61,851 nt of DNA, taken from positions 1 to 61,851 of the IMG/VR virus record IMGVR_UViG_3300014822_000022; one strand, given 5' to 3'. This DNA comes from a virus. Taxonomy: Duplodnaviria > Caudoviricetes. Shown piece by piece: positions 21,701-29,359 of this stretch. The notes below the pieces were generated by a model. It saw only the letters and a list, made by a program, of their open reading frames with translations, was not told the DNA's origin and made no database searches. The stretch's first letter is position 1, and each line of letters begins with the position of its first letter. The translations under genes were made by a program, and so were the position numbers.

Positions 21701-24700
21701 GTCGCTGTATGTGTATGTCACCGAGAAATCGGCCGACGTTTTCATGTGGGATAAGGTGGCGTTGAAGGCCAAGGCGTTCTCGGCACTGTTCACGGGCGAC
21801 AGGAACATTCGTAGCACCGAAGACGTGTCATCGACCGAGAGCATGGATGCCGGCGAGTTTACCGCCATTGCATCTGGAAACCCGCTCATCAAGGAGCGCT
21901 CCGAGCTTGAGAGGGAGATTTCCTCACTCAAGGCGGAGAAGCGCAGTTTCAACCTCAGCATCAAGAGCTTGAAGGCCAAGCGCGCAGAGCGATTGGCATT
22001 CGAGGAAGCATACGGCAAACGCAAGGAGGCAGGGGAAGAAGAGCTCGCGCTTTGGGAGTCAATCGAAGCATTCTCCGGCAAAGAGGATGAAGAAAGGTTC
22101 AAGATTGGCAGCAAGGCCATCACGGAGTATGTCGATGCCGCCATCAAGGAGTTCGAGAAATCCGAGCCGAAGAAGGGTGATTCGACTGAGCTTGGCTACC
22201 TCTCTGGAGAGAAGGGCAATGTTTCACTCGCCCTGCATTTCAATGGCGAATCAACTGTTGTCACCGGCAGCGCGTTCCAAGGCACAAGCGTTGGCAGACT
22301 CATTGCAAACGCCAAGGCGAAACTCACCTCGGCCCTTGAGTCTCTTGATAGCGAGAAGGAGGAAAACGACAGAGAGCTTAAAGCTATCGACGAGGCTTTG
22401 AAAAAGACGTTTCCCAAGGAAGAAGAGCTCTCCGCCAAGGAGAAGAGACTGGCGGAGGTCGAAGCCAGTCTTGCCGGCGAAGAAGACGATGGTGTGCTTC
22501 GCAGTCGCGCCTTGTTCAATGCGCCTCCGGCTGACTCGGAGCCCATGCTTTTCGGTGGTGTCAGTTCATTCAACAAGGTGAAGCCAACGGCGGCCGCCGG
22601 CGGTACGGATTACATCATCAGCAAGGACAAGCTACAGGAGCTTGTTGACAGGCATGGGGACGGGTACATCTACCGCGTCACGCTTCCTGAATATATCTCT
22701 GACGGCATCGACACCCCGGCCTATTCGCATCAGTACAAGTCAGGCGATGTGAACAAAACCCTGTCATTCACTACGAACTTGGAGAATGCCATCGCCTATG
22801 TGGCCGACAGAAGCAGGATGGATGGAAGGCCAACTGGAGATTACATCATCTATCGCGTTCGCCCCGAGAGCCTTGGTAGTAAGCCGCTGCGCCTCATTGT
22901 CCCGACCGAGCGCGGCGATACCCTGACGGCACACATCCATTCGGTTGAGCCCGTCAATGTTGCCGACATTGTGATGTCCGGCACGGAGCTTGCCAATGCG
23001 GCTGATAGAGTGCATAATGACTACATAGGAGATGAATATGACAGCATTGAGCAAATCAGCGCAGCGCTTGCAGAGCTTGGAGTCGAAGGTGTCGAAGCTC
23101 AGGGATATGCTGGAATCGCAGGAGAGCACACTGTCGAAGGAGGACAGGGCGAAGGCCGAGAAGGTTTTGGCCGCATTTCACCGCAAGACAGACCTTCTGT
23201 AGGGCCAGTCAGAAGCAGGGGTTCGATTCGACCGTCCGCAAGCTCGACGGAAGAAGCGCTCTCAGAGGTTGTTCGCATCGTCGGGGACGCTGCGACCCCA
23301 ACGGCGGTTGATAAACTTCCCGGCGATACTCAGGGGCAGTTCCGCGTTGCTGAACGCCTGATTGAGATTGCCAAGAACATTGACGACCCCAAGCAGATTG
23401 CTTGGCACGAATCATTCCACGCCTTGCAGAGGCTCGTTTTCAACAGCAAGCAGATTGCTGTTCTGAACAAGGCTTTCTCAACAGGAAAGCCGCTGCGCCG
23501 ACGCATCGAGCGCCTGATGCGGGAGCAGGGCTTCCATGATGTCTTGAAGTCGGGCAAGGACTTCAACAATGAGGAAGCTCAGGCTTATGCGTTTCAGGCA
23601 TACATGAGCGGGAACTTTGCTCCGAGGGGCATTATACGCGCGATGTTTGCGAAGCTGCGCAGAATCGTGGAGGCAATCGGCAATGCTATTCGCGGGCGCG
23701 GCCTGCAAACAGCGGAAGGTATCTTCGAGCGCGCCGGCCGGGGCGAATACGCCAAGGGATTCGAAAGGCTGGAGACCGACAAGAATGTGATTGCCCATTC
23801 GCGCTCCAAGGAGAAATTCCCGGGCGACTATGGCATCGAAACGGCGCGCTTCCCGAAGGTTGCAGTTCCGGTATCGCTCCTGAAAGAACTGACGCTTCCC
23901 GGCGGCAAGAAGGCCGGACAGTTCCCGCCCAAGAGGAAGGCGCTGGAGAAGTCGGTGGCAGAGCGCGGCTACGATACAAACAGTATCATCGACATAATCG
24001 TTGGCGCAGACGGCGTGGCCAAGGTCAGGGATGGCGGGCACAGGATAGCGCTGGCCGACGCACATGGTATCGAGAAGCTGCCGGCAAGGGTGACGTACTA
24101 TGACGGCGCAGAGGATGTTGCCGGTGAATTCTCACCATCCAATCTGGTGAAGGGGCTGTACAGGTCTGCCGACGATGTGCATGAGGAACTGTCGCGGGCG
24201 CGCGCATCGTTCGGGTATGAGATGCGGCAGGCGCTCATCGAGGCATTCAAGCGCAGCCATAATTACACCGAGCACAAGCACCCAAAGGAAGCCATAGACG
24301 CTGCGCGTGACACCTTCACAGAGAGGCTTGTGACCAGCAATGGTGCCCCTGAGAGCATGGGTATCGAGACCGCATCATTTACGAAGGTGACGGTATCAAC
24401 TCGCCATATCGCCGGCCTGATGGGGTATCGTTCTGGCTCCCTGAACCTCGACGGCAACAAGGTTCAGGCTATGACCCGCGATATGAGCCTGAACGGGTAT
24501 GACTTCGATGAGCCCATCGAGATTGGTGTAAACCAGAATGGCGAGGCTTTCCTTGTCGATGGCGCCCATCGTCTCGTGGCCGCATTGCGAGCCGGATATT
24601 CGGCCATCCCGGCAAACATCCGGTACTTCAATGGTGGCGAGAAGCAGCCCGGTCCATTCTACCCGGACGACTTGGCCATGCGCGGCTCCGGCGCCGATGA

Positions 24701-27479
24701 GTTCGATGTCCAGCGCAGTCGCGGCGACTTCGCAGCCTATAGCGACAAAGAGCTTGACGCTTATGCAAGCGCAATGAAGAAAATTGGCAGGAAGGCCGAG
24801 AAGAAGCCACTCAAGGAGAGGCTGTCAGAAGTTGCCGGCGCGCGCGCTCGTCTTGCATGGACCGTCACTTTTGTTGACCGATTCAACGCCATGTACGACT
24901 ACGAGCTCCGCAGATTTATGGAAGAGAATCCGGGCAAGGGGCGCAAGGACTTTGCGATGCATGACTCAAAGGCATACATGTCCATGCGCATGGCCGTACA
25001 TTCCGGCAAGGTTGCCGAAGCATGGCTTACCATTGGTCAAATGAAATGGAAGCGGGATAGCAATGGAGAGATTACGGTTCCAGAGCTCATCGAGGGCAAG
25101 CGCGCGCTGTTCGACATCATTGGAGACCTGCACGATGACGCGGATTCGTTCCTGCACTGGATGGTTGGCATGCGCGCCAAGAGGCTCATGGAAGAAGGGC
25201 GCGAAGGGCAGGTTGACGAGGAAGGGAATGCGCTCAATCTGTTCACTCCCGAAGAGATAGATGCGCTCATCAATCAGGCGCCGCCGGAGAAACTGGACAA
25301 GTTCAAGGCCGTTCTTGACGAGCTCAATGAGTATGACCGGAACAAGCTGCAATTCCTCAAGGATGCCGGCGGCCTGTCCGAGAGTGGCATGGAGGCCATG
25401 CTGAAATATGGCGACTACATCCCATTCTATCGCATCATCGAGGATGCGATTGCAGGCCCCGGCAAAACGAAGCCGCTACAGCAGGGCAACGGGATATATC
25501 GCCTGCACGGCGGCCGACTGAACATCGGCTCGCTGATTGAAAACATGTACATGAACACCAACGTCATCATTGACGCTGCGTTTAAGGCAAAGGCATTCAA
25601 GCGAGCCGACGAAGCATTCAGGCTGCCGGACGGGAAATATGATACGTCCGTTTGGGAGCCGCGCGGTCTGGTGATAAAGAAGGGGCTTGCAACCGCCGGC
25701 TCGGCTTTGGATTCCATGCAGAACCATGATGTGCTCGCCGAGATGGCGCTGCGCGAGGATTTCGACATGGAGGCCATACCCAAGACGGCCCGAAACGAAC
25801 TGCTTGAGGTCATGGCTGCGATGGTCCCAAGCGACAGCACGACCATTTCGTTCATCAAGGACGGCAAGAGGGTGTATCGCCGGGTGAATGACCCGCTGAT
25901 TCTCCGCGCTTTCAACGGTCTGTCCCACAAGAAATCCAAGGCACCGGAATGGGCCAAGGCGCCCAAGCAGTTGCTGACCAGACTGGTGACAGTTGACCCT
26001 GCCTTCGGCATCGCCAACTCCATACGAGATGCGCTTTCGGTTGCGGCAACAACTGACGTGAAGCTCAATGTCGGCGATGTTCTGAAAGGCTGGTCGGCAT
26101 CGTTCAAGAACGATGAGCGCTATAAGCGAGCTTGGATTTCAGGCGCGCTGCCGACCGTTGGGTATCTGCACGGCGCCGATGAGGCGCAGCTACAGGCCCA
26201 CATTCACCGACTCAAGGAGTTGAAGGTGGGCGACGGCAGGGTTGGCGCCACTCTGGCGTCGCTGACCGAGATGGTTGACAGGTGGAGTGGACACTTCGAG
26301 AACGCAGCGCGCTTGGGCGTGTTCACCTCAGCCATTGAATCCGGCAAATACACCGATGAGCAGGCCGCATTCCTTGCGTTGGATACGCTGGATTTCGGCA
26401 TGCATGGTGACGGCGACGCGGCGCTGTTCCTGATAGATACGGTTCCGTTTATGAATGCCCGCATTCAGGGACTGTACCGCCTTGGAAGGGGGTTCATCGA
26501 ACATCCCGACGCCGTGCTCAAGGTTGGCGGCGCCATCATGGCCGCAAGCATGCTGCTTGCGCTGGTGAACGGCGACGATGACAGATACAAGCGCCTGCCC
26601 GAGTACGACAAGGACACCTACTGGCACATCTGGATTGGCGGATACCAACTGCGCATACCCAAGCCGTTCGAGGTTGGGGCCATCACGGGGACGCTTCCTG
26701 AGCGGCTGATTGAGTTGATTCGCACAGGCGACTTGGACCTGTTTGCCGACCGTGTGTTTTTCGCGCTCGAAAACACCTTCAACCTCAACCCTGTGCCACA
26801 GGTGGCCAAGCCCATCATTGAAGAGTTCGCCAACAAGAGCTTCTTCACCGGGCGTCCGATTGTTCCGATTGGCCAGCAGCATGTTGAGAGGGAACTGCAA
26901 TTCAGCCCATGGACATCGCCGACCATGCGCGAACTTGCACAAGTGACCAAGTACCTTCCCGAGAACGCCATCACGGAGCCCTTGCAGTCTCCGAAGCGCA
27001 TGGAGCACATGTTCAAGGGGTACTTTGGCACAGTGGGCGGATATGTGCTCAGCGGTCTAGATTATGCCGTCAGGCTTGGTTTTGGCTATCCAGAGCGGCC
27101 GGAGGGCAAGATTGAGGATGTCATGGTACTTGGGCGGTTTGTTCGCTCCGAGTTTTCGAGGAACACGAAATACACCGCCGCTCTGTACGACATGTACGAC
27201 GCCATTACGGAGGTGAATTCAACGCTCAAGCAGTACCGGCACGATGGCGATTTTGAGGCCGCAAGGGCTTACCGAGAGAAGAAGGCTGAGATTATCAAGG
27301 CGAGCCCACGGATTCGCGCCGCAATGAGTCAGATTCGACGGCTGAACAGGCAAATGAAGCGCCTGTATGAGAACCCGGGCCGTCTATCCTCGGAAGAGCT
27401 TGGGCGCCGGGTTGATGACATCAACAACAAAATCAATAGCATAGCAGAGAAGGTGTATCCTTTGCACACACACTTCTAA
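12795..27479 (+). CDS. Giant DarB-like polyvalent virion protein: LPD1/metallopeptidase, DarA-C-like, degenerate N6-MTase, SNF2 helicase, second HExxH peptidase, two ParB/Srx-like domains, LPD38-like C-terminus
   Basis: 4894 aa; HEHSH (~16755), AHEVGTGKT (~20142), DEAH (~20628), SGTP, QRNGRAYRQGN, HESFH (~23406), DGGHR and DGAHR, LRIPKPFEVG. Confidence 0.85.
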   Translation: MADFENGLKPKDQFVPTKRVNPLLSLIEGERQQTSPEAAPTVNPLASIKPTPAPAEPQSPASGLAGGVADFSKGLAGGVFETGGMIGDTATFASRGLAGRKDAEAGKGLADASRRTAEKLGLVQSEEGKKAAEDPFSVRGAAFSAGQMVAPSIAMPLAFAAAGRKIAGIKGAAIGGLLGFGASIATFFGNQAKSTYDKVFEAKKRAGLDDEAAHDEAIAAGVKTGAIEAAGETAADYLTFKLFRLLPSGVKENVVRAATKAIRNPWEMAKDIAINTSGQVGTEIAQAAGQQAVEANAGAEEAPSWDSVKGVIVPAAIMSIFMFGGGEMVGSMRRRDASKALSDPETPVEKRREAMFAVANEVAKHDPALAERFIQDANTSINQGKPVIPDEDEVYAEEKRMVARQEARIRARASKDSRKRVASIPDEKLYDALVSENDRLEKAMQSGDEHGIAMASEAIALINGRLDKAEAAGKPISQSVDDLSRDIGAQVDEALSSPDVLQRQSQENESAEGSAEPTAQRSKDIENKDVEASSKAEPEVQNDSEDTTGLSGEKPQREESVQAKPDESGSNQEAKAGGNVQEGVEEGGTSPAAQEESKVKSAEEKTVDDLADLLGINDKTRKKGRKPEKNKTAKPETPEQPEQPEAAKPETPEQPEAAKPETPEQPETPEVAKPETPGVAIDAEALAEKEAEYKRLADIRYRLKTKELDTKSALKEAGVKRRAHLDQRISELADEISALKRGEGAQEKKTQEPEPSKRAKPHGDEAAKRAEKARESGGDAIDVLTSLLEGDTGGKTGPHHPPKKVTRPKKEEKKTTTSSETSDEKKSPEQLAAEVGESKKKLRKRFEEHLATLDKEVRKAFDIDKPRALSVKNKTLTSTDGKYKLVWRVRKNPEAEISPDNEQREDGYVELVTKEKKKKQSKAELEQSRRLKLIGMGADVRRYMGRKVRIEGSPEVVVKQLVKMTLRKSNWIIKKTDSNTFGQERYLTMLRDEMLPTWQEWYGFTLGASRRRWGTKPLDAIIQKASTPEGMDEVRNSAADYMSVLTQLEGAVSNAGNVYEARKALIEALFFRPEQLEDEDAAKKAERLHEWLEDPEASIYETSAISSTDIATGLGKKVLEYVDGPRKYNDAKQYVAWWLRKKTADDYAKSEHAEYKKKKNFATTKRVKLSDIHRSEDLPDYWLMDGMDKLDATPPEEDIEIAKKLAGLGESSAKDGEYGALLAKFKGSELERAIVKKFGLAGIGYGQYVNREEQALFLRHLYNSLHDYAEMNGIPTEAVGQGGKLRIAYGARGHGRFAAHYEPGTRIINLTKDKGDGSLLHEHSHSLENGHGLTGPAADKAMSDMYTILKTSFNDEKMDEVLEEILAGKRYTPRRRGRKEQLLNAAKSFLKGEWKDADYGVISETDFFANAKSLGEYWSRAAELWARANEARGAIKLGDSSPFLVGSHANMNSPDGWREENGYIGSPYPTGEEAEAFSQAIDYLWHNVETVENEDGSVSLVINKYESLIDAKMDQLQERADKLLEKLSEMYDALNAPKSKDGLHWYRFTFGSRGKNMQPNGYYAFDDAENTVGYARILEQNELDMFGLEGITFEATDKTVYLKEVFDEGNGEGALEKVSPEHGGAHGEERDSESGSGNGDRQGGPGEGEAGVGGSGKSESAGKGGGNGVDTARSEQHVSDAAGGRGGAETAEKSRPAGRDYRLTGSDTTLHADKDAEFKASIAAVRALMALDGRKATAEEQADIAPYSGFYNTVNDYYFRYADSVQRAMLESTLPQEMFEELRRQQNGWQFIPAEMLLAIYDSLETMGFEGGKVAHINTGAGRSAGMMPEGMRKNSSNVIIERTTLDRMVAKALYQKSKVMDKGLAETNLARGFFDGVIINAIGGEEYAKDTAFNKTGMSTWTYAFSKALSATAEGGVVVGITDSGMLGDDTAKSTLARSGELIAGIRLSPQKGFDDGFHRFDILFFKATKNPTGTYLTDKRDYFEEHPEMVIGSPVPHSLIIERRHGETPSDAARKMPAGALKKEEVKFERPDPYENILDENEVFEGSFTEKDGKLYQRLEGKDVEVSVSGAKEKLIKDMIGLRGILRSYYRKAFSGEDSEAERKKLNKAYDAFVKKHGALSSPKNIAALDSDPDYPRLMAIENYDFIEDKAEKTEVFFKAPSLVNGTPDHVDSAKEALKWSLNDIGHIDFDYMRKLTGKTPQQLQLELAGEIYNSPETGWETKEEYLSGNIAYKLEVAKAAAEVQPDVFGINVKALELAMPTPLRPEEIKAKLGASWIPDDIVNDFISYIAPFSSISVRGNRITGMWKLGSRYASSKSAEKRIIRDEKQSTVATAEWGTSYKNGDFFSLLLTTLNGGVARVPKDPAGTRAVQVAQERIKAEFETWAMADEERAKKLADIYNKTFNSYVEPEYSAEHLTFHGMSRFIELRKHQKRAVWRSVVDDNVYFAHEVGTGKTYTMIASAMENKRLGKVKKPVIAGLNANIDIIRRDIFRLYPTARVDFIFVPTDTQGIQKAIRKIQASNADIIVMNHGSLSRLSVSGTYKVSMLMQEKARLEDALGAERFGGSDDIRNSITRAIKNLEEQIEEAKNEAFGNPLSFEDTGIDMVLIDEAHEFRKLSGKSALESRGVKGIDMKGPESSTRVFEQTQYLADNGGKVVFASGTPIVNSVTELHSISRYLQPDRLRALNIYNFDQWASTFGNIGTTIEYRPEGGGYEEIVMFKGFDNVPEMVGIVREVMDTVTSEQMVAEAKKAGEKISIPGVKGGEPKVVVVPQTPELEKYTKETLIPMVRTIKESPKEAAARGFNMLKVTTDSRKAALDTRLVDSSLIPSGETKASMAAKNALKEWEASKDIKGTQLFFLDTSIPAKDRFNVYQEIKDKLMEGGVPEKEIAFIHDYGNERKRMRLFHDVNKGSVRFLIGSTEKMGTGTNVQERVVAVHHIDIRFNIAAYIQRNGRAYRQGNINSDVSLYVYVTEKSADVFMWDKVALKAKAFSALFTGDRNIRSTEDVSSTESMDAGEFTAIASGNPLIKERSELEREISSLKAEKRSFNLSIKSLKAKRAERLAFEEAYGKRKEAGEEELALWESIEAFSGKEDEERFKIGSKAITEYVDAAIKEFEKSEPKKGDSTELGYLSGEKGNVSLALHFNGESTVVTGSAFQGTSVGRLIANAKAKLTSALESLDSEKEENDRELKAIDEALKKTFPKEEELSAKEKRLAEVEASLAGEEDDGVLRSRALFNAPPADSEPMLFGGVSSFNKVKPTAAAGGTDYIISKDKLQELVDRHGDGYIYRVTLPEYISDGIDTPAYSHQYKSGDVNKTLSFTTNLENAIAYVADRSRMDGRPTGDYIIYRVRPESLGSKPLRLIVPTERGDTLTAHIHSVEPVNVADIVMSGTELANAADRVHNDYIGDEYDSIEQISAALAELGVEGVEAQGYAGIAGEHTVEGGQGEGREGFGRISPQDRPSVGPVRSRGSIRPSASSTEEALSEVVRIVGDAATPTAVDKLPGDTQGQFRVAERLIEIAKNIDDPKQIAWHESFHALQRLVFNSKQIAVLNKAFSTGKPLRRRIERLMREQGFHDVLKSGKDFNNEEAQAYAFQAYMSGNFAPRGIIRAMFAKLRRIVEAIGNAIRGRGLQTAEGIFERAGRGEYAKGFERLETDKNVIAHSRSKEKFPGDYGIETARFPKVAVPVSLLKELTLPGGKKAGQFPPKRKALEKSVAERGYDTNSIIDIIVGADGVAKVRDGGHRIALADAHGIEKLPARVTYYDGAEDVAGEFSPSNLVKGLYRSADDVHEELSRARASFGYEMRQALIEAFKRSHNYTEHKHPKEAIDAARDTFTERLVTSNGAPESMGIETASFTKVTVSTRHIAGLMGYRSGSLNLDGNKVQAMTRDMSLNGYDFDEPIEIGVNQNGEAFLVDGAHRLVAALRAGYSAIPANIRYFNGGEKQPGPFYPDDLAMRGSGADEFDVQRSRGDFAAYSDKELDAYASAMKKIGRKAEKKPLKERLSEVAGARARLAWTVTFVDRFNAMYDYELRRFMEENPGKGRKDFAMHDSKAYMSMRMAVHSGKVAEAWLTIGQMKWKRDSNGEITVPELIEGKRALFDIIGDLHDDADSFLHWMVGMRAKRLMEEGREGQVDEEGNALNLFTPEEIDALINQAPPEKLDKFKAVLDELNEYDRNKLQFLKDAGGLSESGMEAMLKYGDYIPFYRIIEDAIAGPGKTKPLQQGNGIYRLHGGRLNIGSLIENMYMNTNVIIDAAFKAKAFKRADEAFRLPDGKYDTSVWEPRGLVIKKGLATAGSALDSMQNHDVLAEMALREDFDMEAIPKTARNELLEVMAAMVPSDSTTISFIKDGKRVYRRVNDPLILRAFNGLSHKKSKAPEWAKAPKQLLTRLVTVDPAFGIANSIRDALSVAATTDVKLNVGDVLKGWSASFKNDERYKRAWISGALPTVGYLHGADEAQLQAHIHRLKELKVGDGRVGATLASLTEMVDRWSGHFENAARLGVFTSAIESGKYTDEQAAFLALDTLDFGMHGDGDAALFLIDTVPFMNARIQGLYRLGRGFIEHPDAVLKVGGAIMAASMLLALVNGDDDRYKRLPEYDKDTYWHIWIGGYQLRIPKPFEVGAITGTLPERLIELIRTGDLDLFADRVFFALENTFNLNPVPQVAKPIIEEFANKSFFTGRPIVPIGQQHVERELQFSPWTSPTMRELAQVTKYLPENAITEPLQSPKRMEHMFKGYFGTVGGYVLSGLDYAVRLGFGYPERPEGKIEDVMVLGRFVRSEFSRNTKYTAALYDMYDAITEVNSTLKQYRHDGDFEAARAYREKKAEIIKASPRIRAAMSQIRRLNRQMKRLYENPGRLSSEELGRRVDDINNKINSIAEKVYPLHTHF
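14691..14827 (+). repeat. Coding tandem repeat (AKPETPEQPE units) in giant protein
   Basis: gccaagcccgagaccccgg occurs four times with in-frame spacers. Confidence 0.9.
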
Positions 27480-27488
27480 GGAGGGTAT

Positions 27489-27842
27489 ATGGCAGCCGGG
27501 AAGCACAACATCACGATTGAGGAAGGCTCCACGTTCAGTCAGCGCTGGACATACAAGGATGTGAACGGGAACCCAATCGACCTCACCGGGTACACGGCGA
27601 GAATGCAGGTGCGAGAGAAGCACTCATCCTCTACGGCCGTGATTGATATTTCCGATGGGAACGGCATCACGCTTGGAGGCGCGGCCGGCACGATTGACAT
27701 CGAGATTCTTCCGGCCGCAACAATCAATCTAGCACTACCGAAAGGCTTTGGTGTTTACGACATGGAACTCACCCCGCCGGACGGAAAGACATTCAGACTC
27801 ATGGAGGGAGGCGTGAAGTACACCCGTGAGGTGACGCGATGA
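27489..27842 (+). CDS. Virion structural/fibre-attachment protein
   Basis: 117 aa; PIDLTGYTARMQVR and GVYDMEL motifs common in phage structural proteins. Confidence 0.6.
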   Translation: MAAGKHNITIEEGSTFSQRWTYKDVNGNPIDLTGYTARMQVREKHSSSTAVIDISDGNGITLGGAAGTIDIEILPAATINLALPKGFGVYDMELTPPDGKTFRLMEGGVKYTREVTR

Positions 27843-28213
27843 GCAACATGTTTCCAGACGAGCTTGAGGTGCGTATATGCGACGATAACCCACGCGAGAG
27901 AGAACTGGTCAAGGACTTTCGCTTCAATGGGATGAGGCCACTCACCATCCCGGCCGGATTCAGAACGGACTTCGCCAGCATCCCGGCGCCACTTCGCATG
28001 TTTTGGGATGACACAGGGCGCTACACCAAGGCTGCTGTTGTCCATGATTACTGCTACAGGAACGGTCTTTTCAACCGTGAGATTTGCGACAACATATTCC
28101 TTGAAGGCTGCCTTGCTCTCGGTGTGAACTACCCGCTGGCCGTGGCCATGTATCTGGCTCTGCGCGCCTTTGGCCGTAGGGCATGGAGAAGGTCCAGATG
28201 CTCGTCGAGGTAA
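27839..28213 (+). CDS. DUF1353-family protein
   Basis: IPAGFRTDFASIP and AAVVHDYCY motifs. Confidence 0.8.
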   Translation: MSNMFPDELEVRICDDNPRERELVKDFRFNGMRPLTIPAGFRTDFASIPAPLRMFWDDTGRYTKAAVVHDYCYRNGLFNREICDNIFLEGCLALGVNYPLAVAMYLALRAFGRRAWRRSRCSSR

Positions 28214-28530
28214 ACAAGAACGAGGTTGTTGTCCAAGCGGAATCAAATCAGGTTGAGGTTGTTTCCGTTGGAACACAGGGGCCAAGTGCCGCGCTGTACA
28301 TACCCGGGGTCACTCAGGCCAATCAGGATGTGCTCTTCGACATGATTTCGCAGAACCCTGTCACCGTGCTTATTGGCATGGCCACGCCCGGGTCGCTTAC
28401 ATCAGACCCGGTATGGAGAATCAAGAAAATTATCGTGCATAGCGCGTCAAATATGAATATACTATGGGCCGACGGGAACACGAACCCGGACAATGTTTGG
28501 GATAATAGGGCAGTCTTGAATTACCTGTAA
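28183..28530 (+). CDS. Hypothetical virion-associated protein
   Basis: 115 aa; PVWRIKKI...WADGN...VWDNR motif seen in phage tail regions. Confidence 0.55.
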   Translation: MEKVQMLVEVNKNEVVVQAESNQVEVVSVGTQGPSAALYIPGVTQANQDVLFDMISQNPVTVLIGMATPGSLTSDPVWRIKKIIVHSASNMNILWADGNTNPDNVWDNRAVLNYL

Positions 28531-28541
28531 GGGAGGAAAAA

Positions 28542-28949
28542 ATGGCAAATCTTCAACTCAATGACCTTCTTCGCTCCGCCATGGTCGATGGTGGCTTGGC
28601 AAATTTTGACGGTGGCGTGCTGGAAATCTACGATGGCACGCAGCCGGCGAATGCGAATACCGCTGTGAGCACGCAGACACTGCTGGCTTCGATAAACCTC
28701 GGCACCCCGGCATTCAACGCGGCCGTCAATGGTGCGGCCGCCATTCCGGCATCAATCAGCGATACATCAGCGAATGCTACCGGAACGGCCACATGGTTCA
28801 GGATTCGAGATGCGGCAGACACCTACCGTTTCGATGGTGACATCACCGCTACCGCAGGCGGCGGCAACATCGAGTTGTCCAGCGTAAACCTGCAAGCCGG
28901 CGGCAATGTGACCATCACCAGCTTTACGTTCACTCAGCCTGCCGCATAA
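28542..28949 (+). CDS. Virion structural protein, paralog family copy 2
   Basis: LEIYDGTQPANAN...TGTATWFR...ITSFTFTQP; RBS GGAGG. Confidence 0.65.
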   Translation: MANLQLNDLLRSAMVDGGLANFDGGVLEIYDGTQPANANTAVSTQTLLASINLGTPAFNAAVNGAAAIPASISDTSANATGTATWFRIRDAADTYRFDGDITATAGGGNIELSSVNLQAGGNVTITSFTFTQPAA

Positions 28950-28960
28950 GGTAGCCAGCC

Positions 28961-29359
28961 ATGGCTATCTATCGGAAGGCCATTGCAACGCGCAATGCAA
29001 AACTGGACGCTCAGACAGCCCGATACAATGGCGGCACCCTGAACTGGTACACGGGCGCCATTCCGGCCACGCCGGATTCGCCCGCTACCGGCACCCTTCT
29101 GGCAACCAACTCTTGCGCCAACCCGGCCTTCTCTCCGGCGGCAAATGGTGTTGCGACTTACAATCCCGATACACCCAACACGCAGGTGGCAACCGGGAAC
29201 ATCGGCTACTGTCGGGTTCTGGATTCTGGCGGCGCCGTTGTCGCTGACTTGGATGTCACTCTGACAGGAGGTGGAGGCGCAATCGAGGTTGACAAGCTGG
29301 CTATCGCCGCCGGCGAGAATGTCACTGTCACCTCGTTCACGCTGACGGAGCCGATGTGA
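28961..29359 (+). CDS. Virion structural protein, paralog family copy 3
   Basis: YTGAIPATPDSPATGTLL...VTSFTLTEP. Confidence 0.65.
   Translation: MAIYRKAIATRNAKLDAQTARYNGGTLNWYTGAIPATPDSPATGTLLATNSCANPAFSPAANGVATYNPDTPNTQVATGNIGYCRVLDSGGAVVADLDVTLTGGGGAIEVDKLAIAAGENVTVTSFTLTEPM

Noticed and set aside
12887-27623. Many long antisense and alternate-frame ORFs over the giant gene and other genes
   Set aside because: Typical shadow ORFs of GC-rich coding DNA, with no RBS or recognisable motifs
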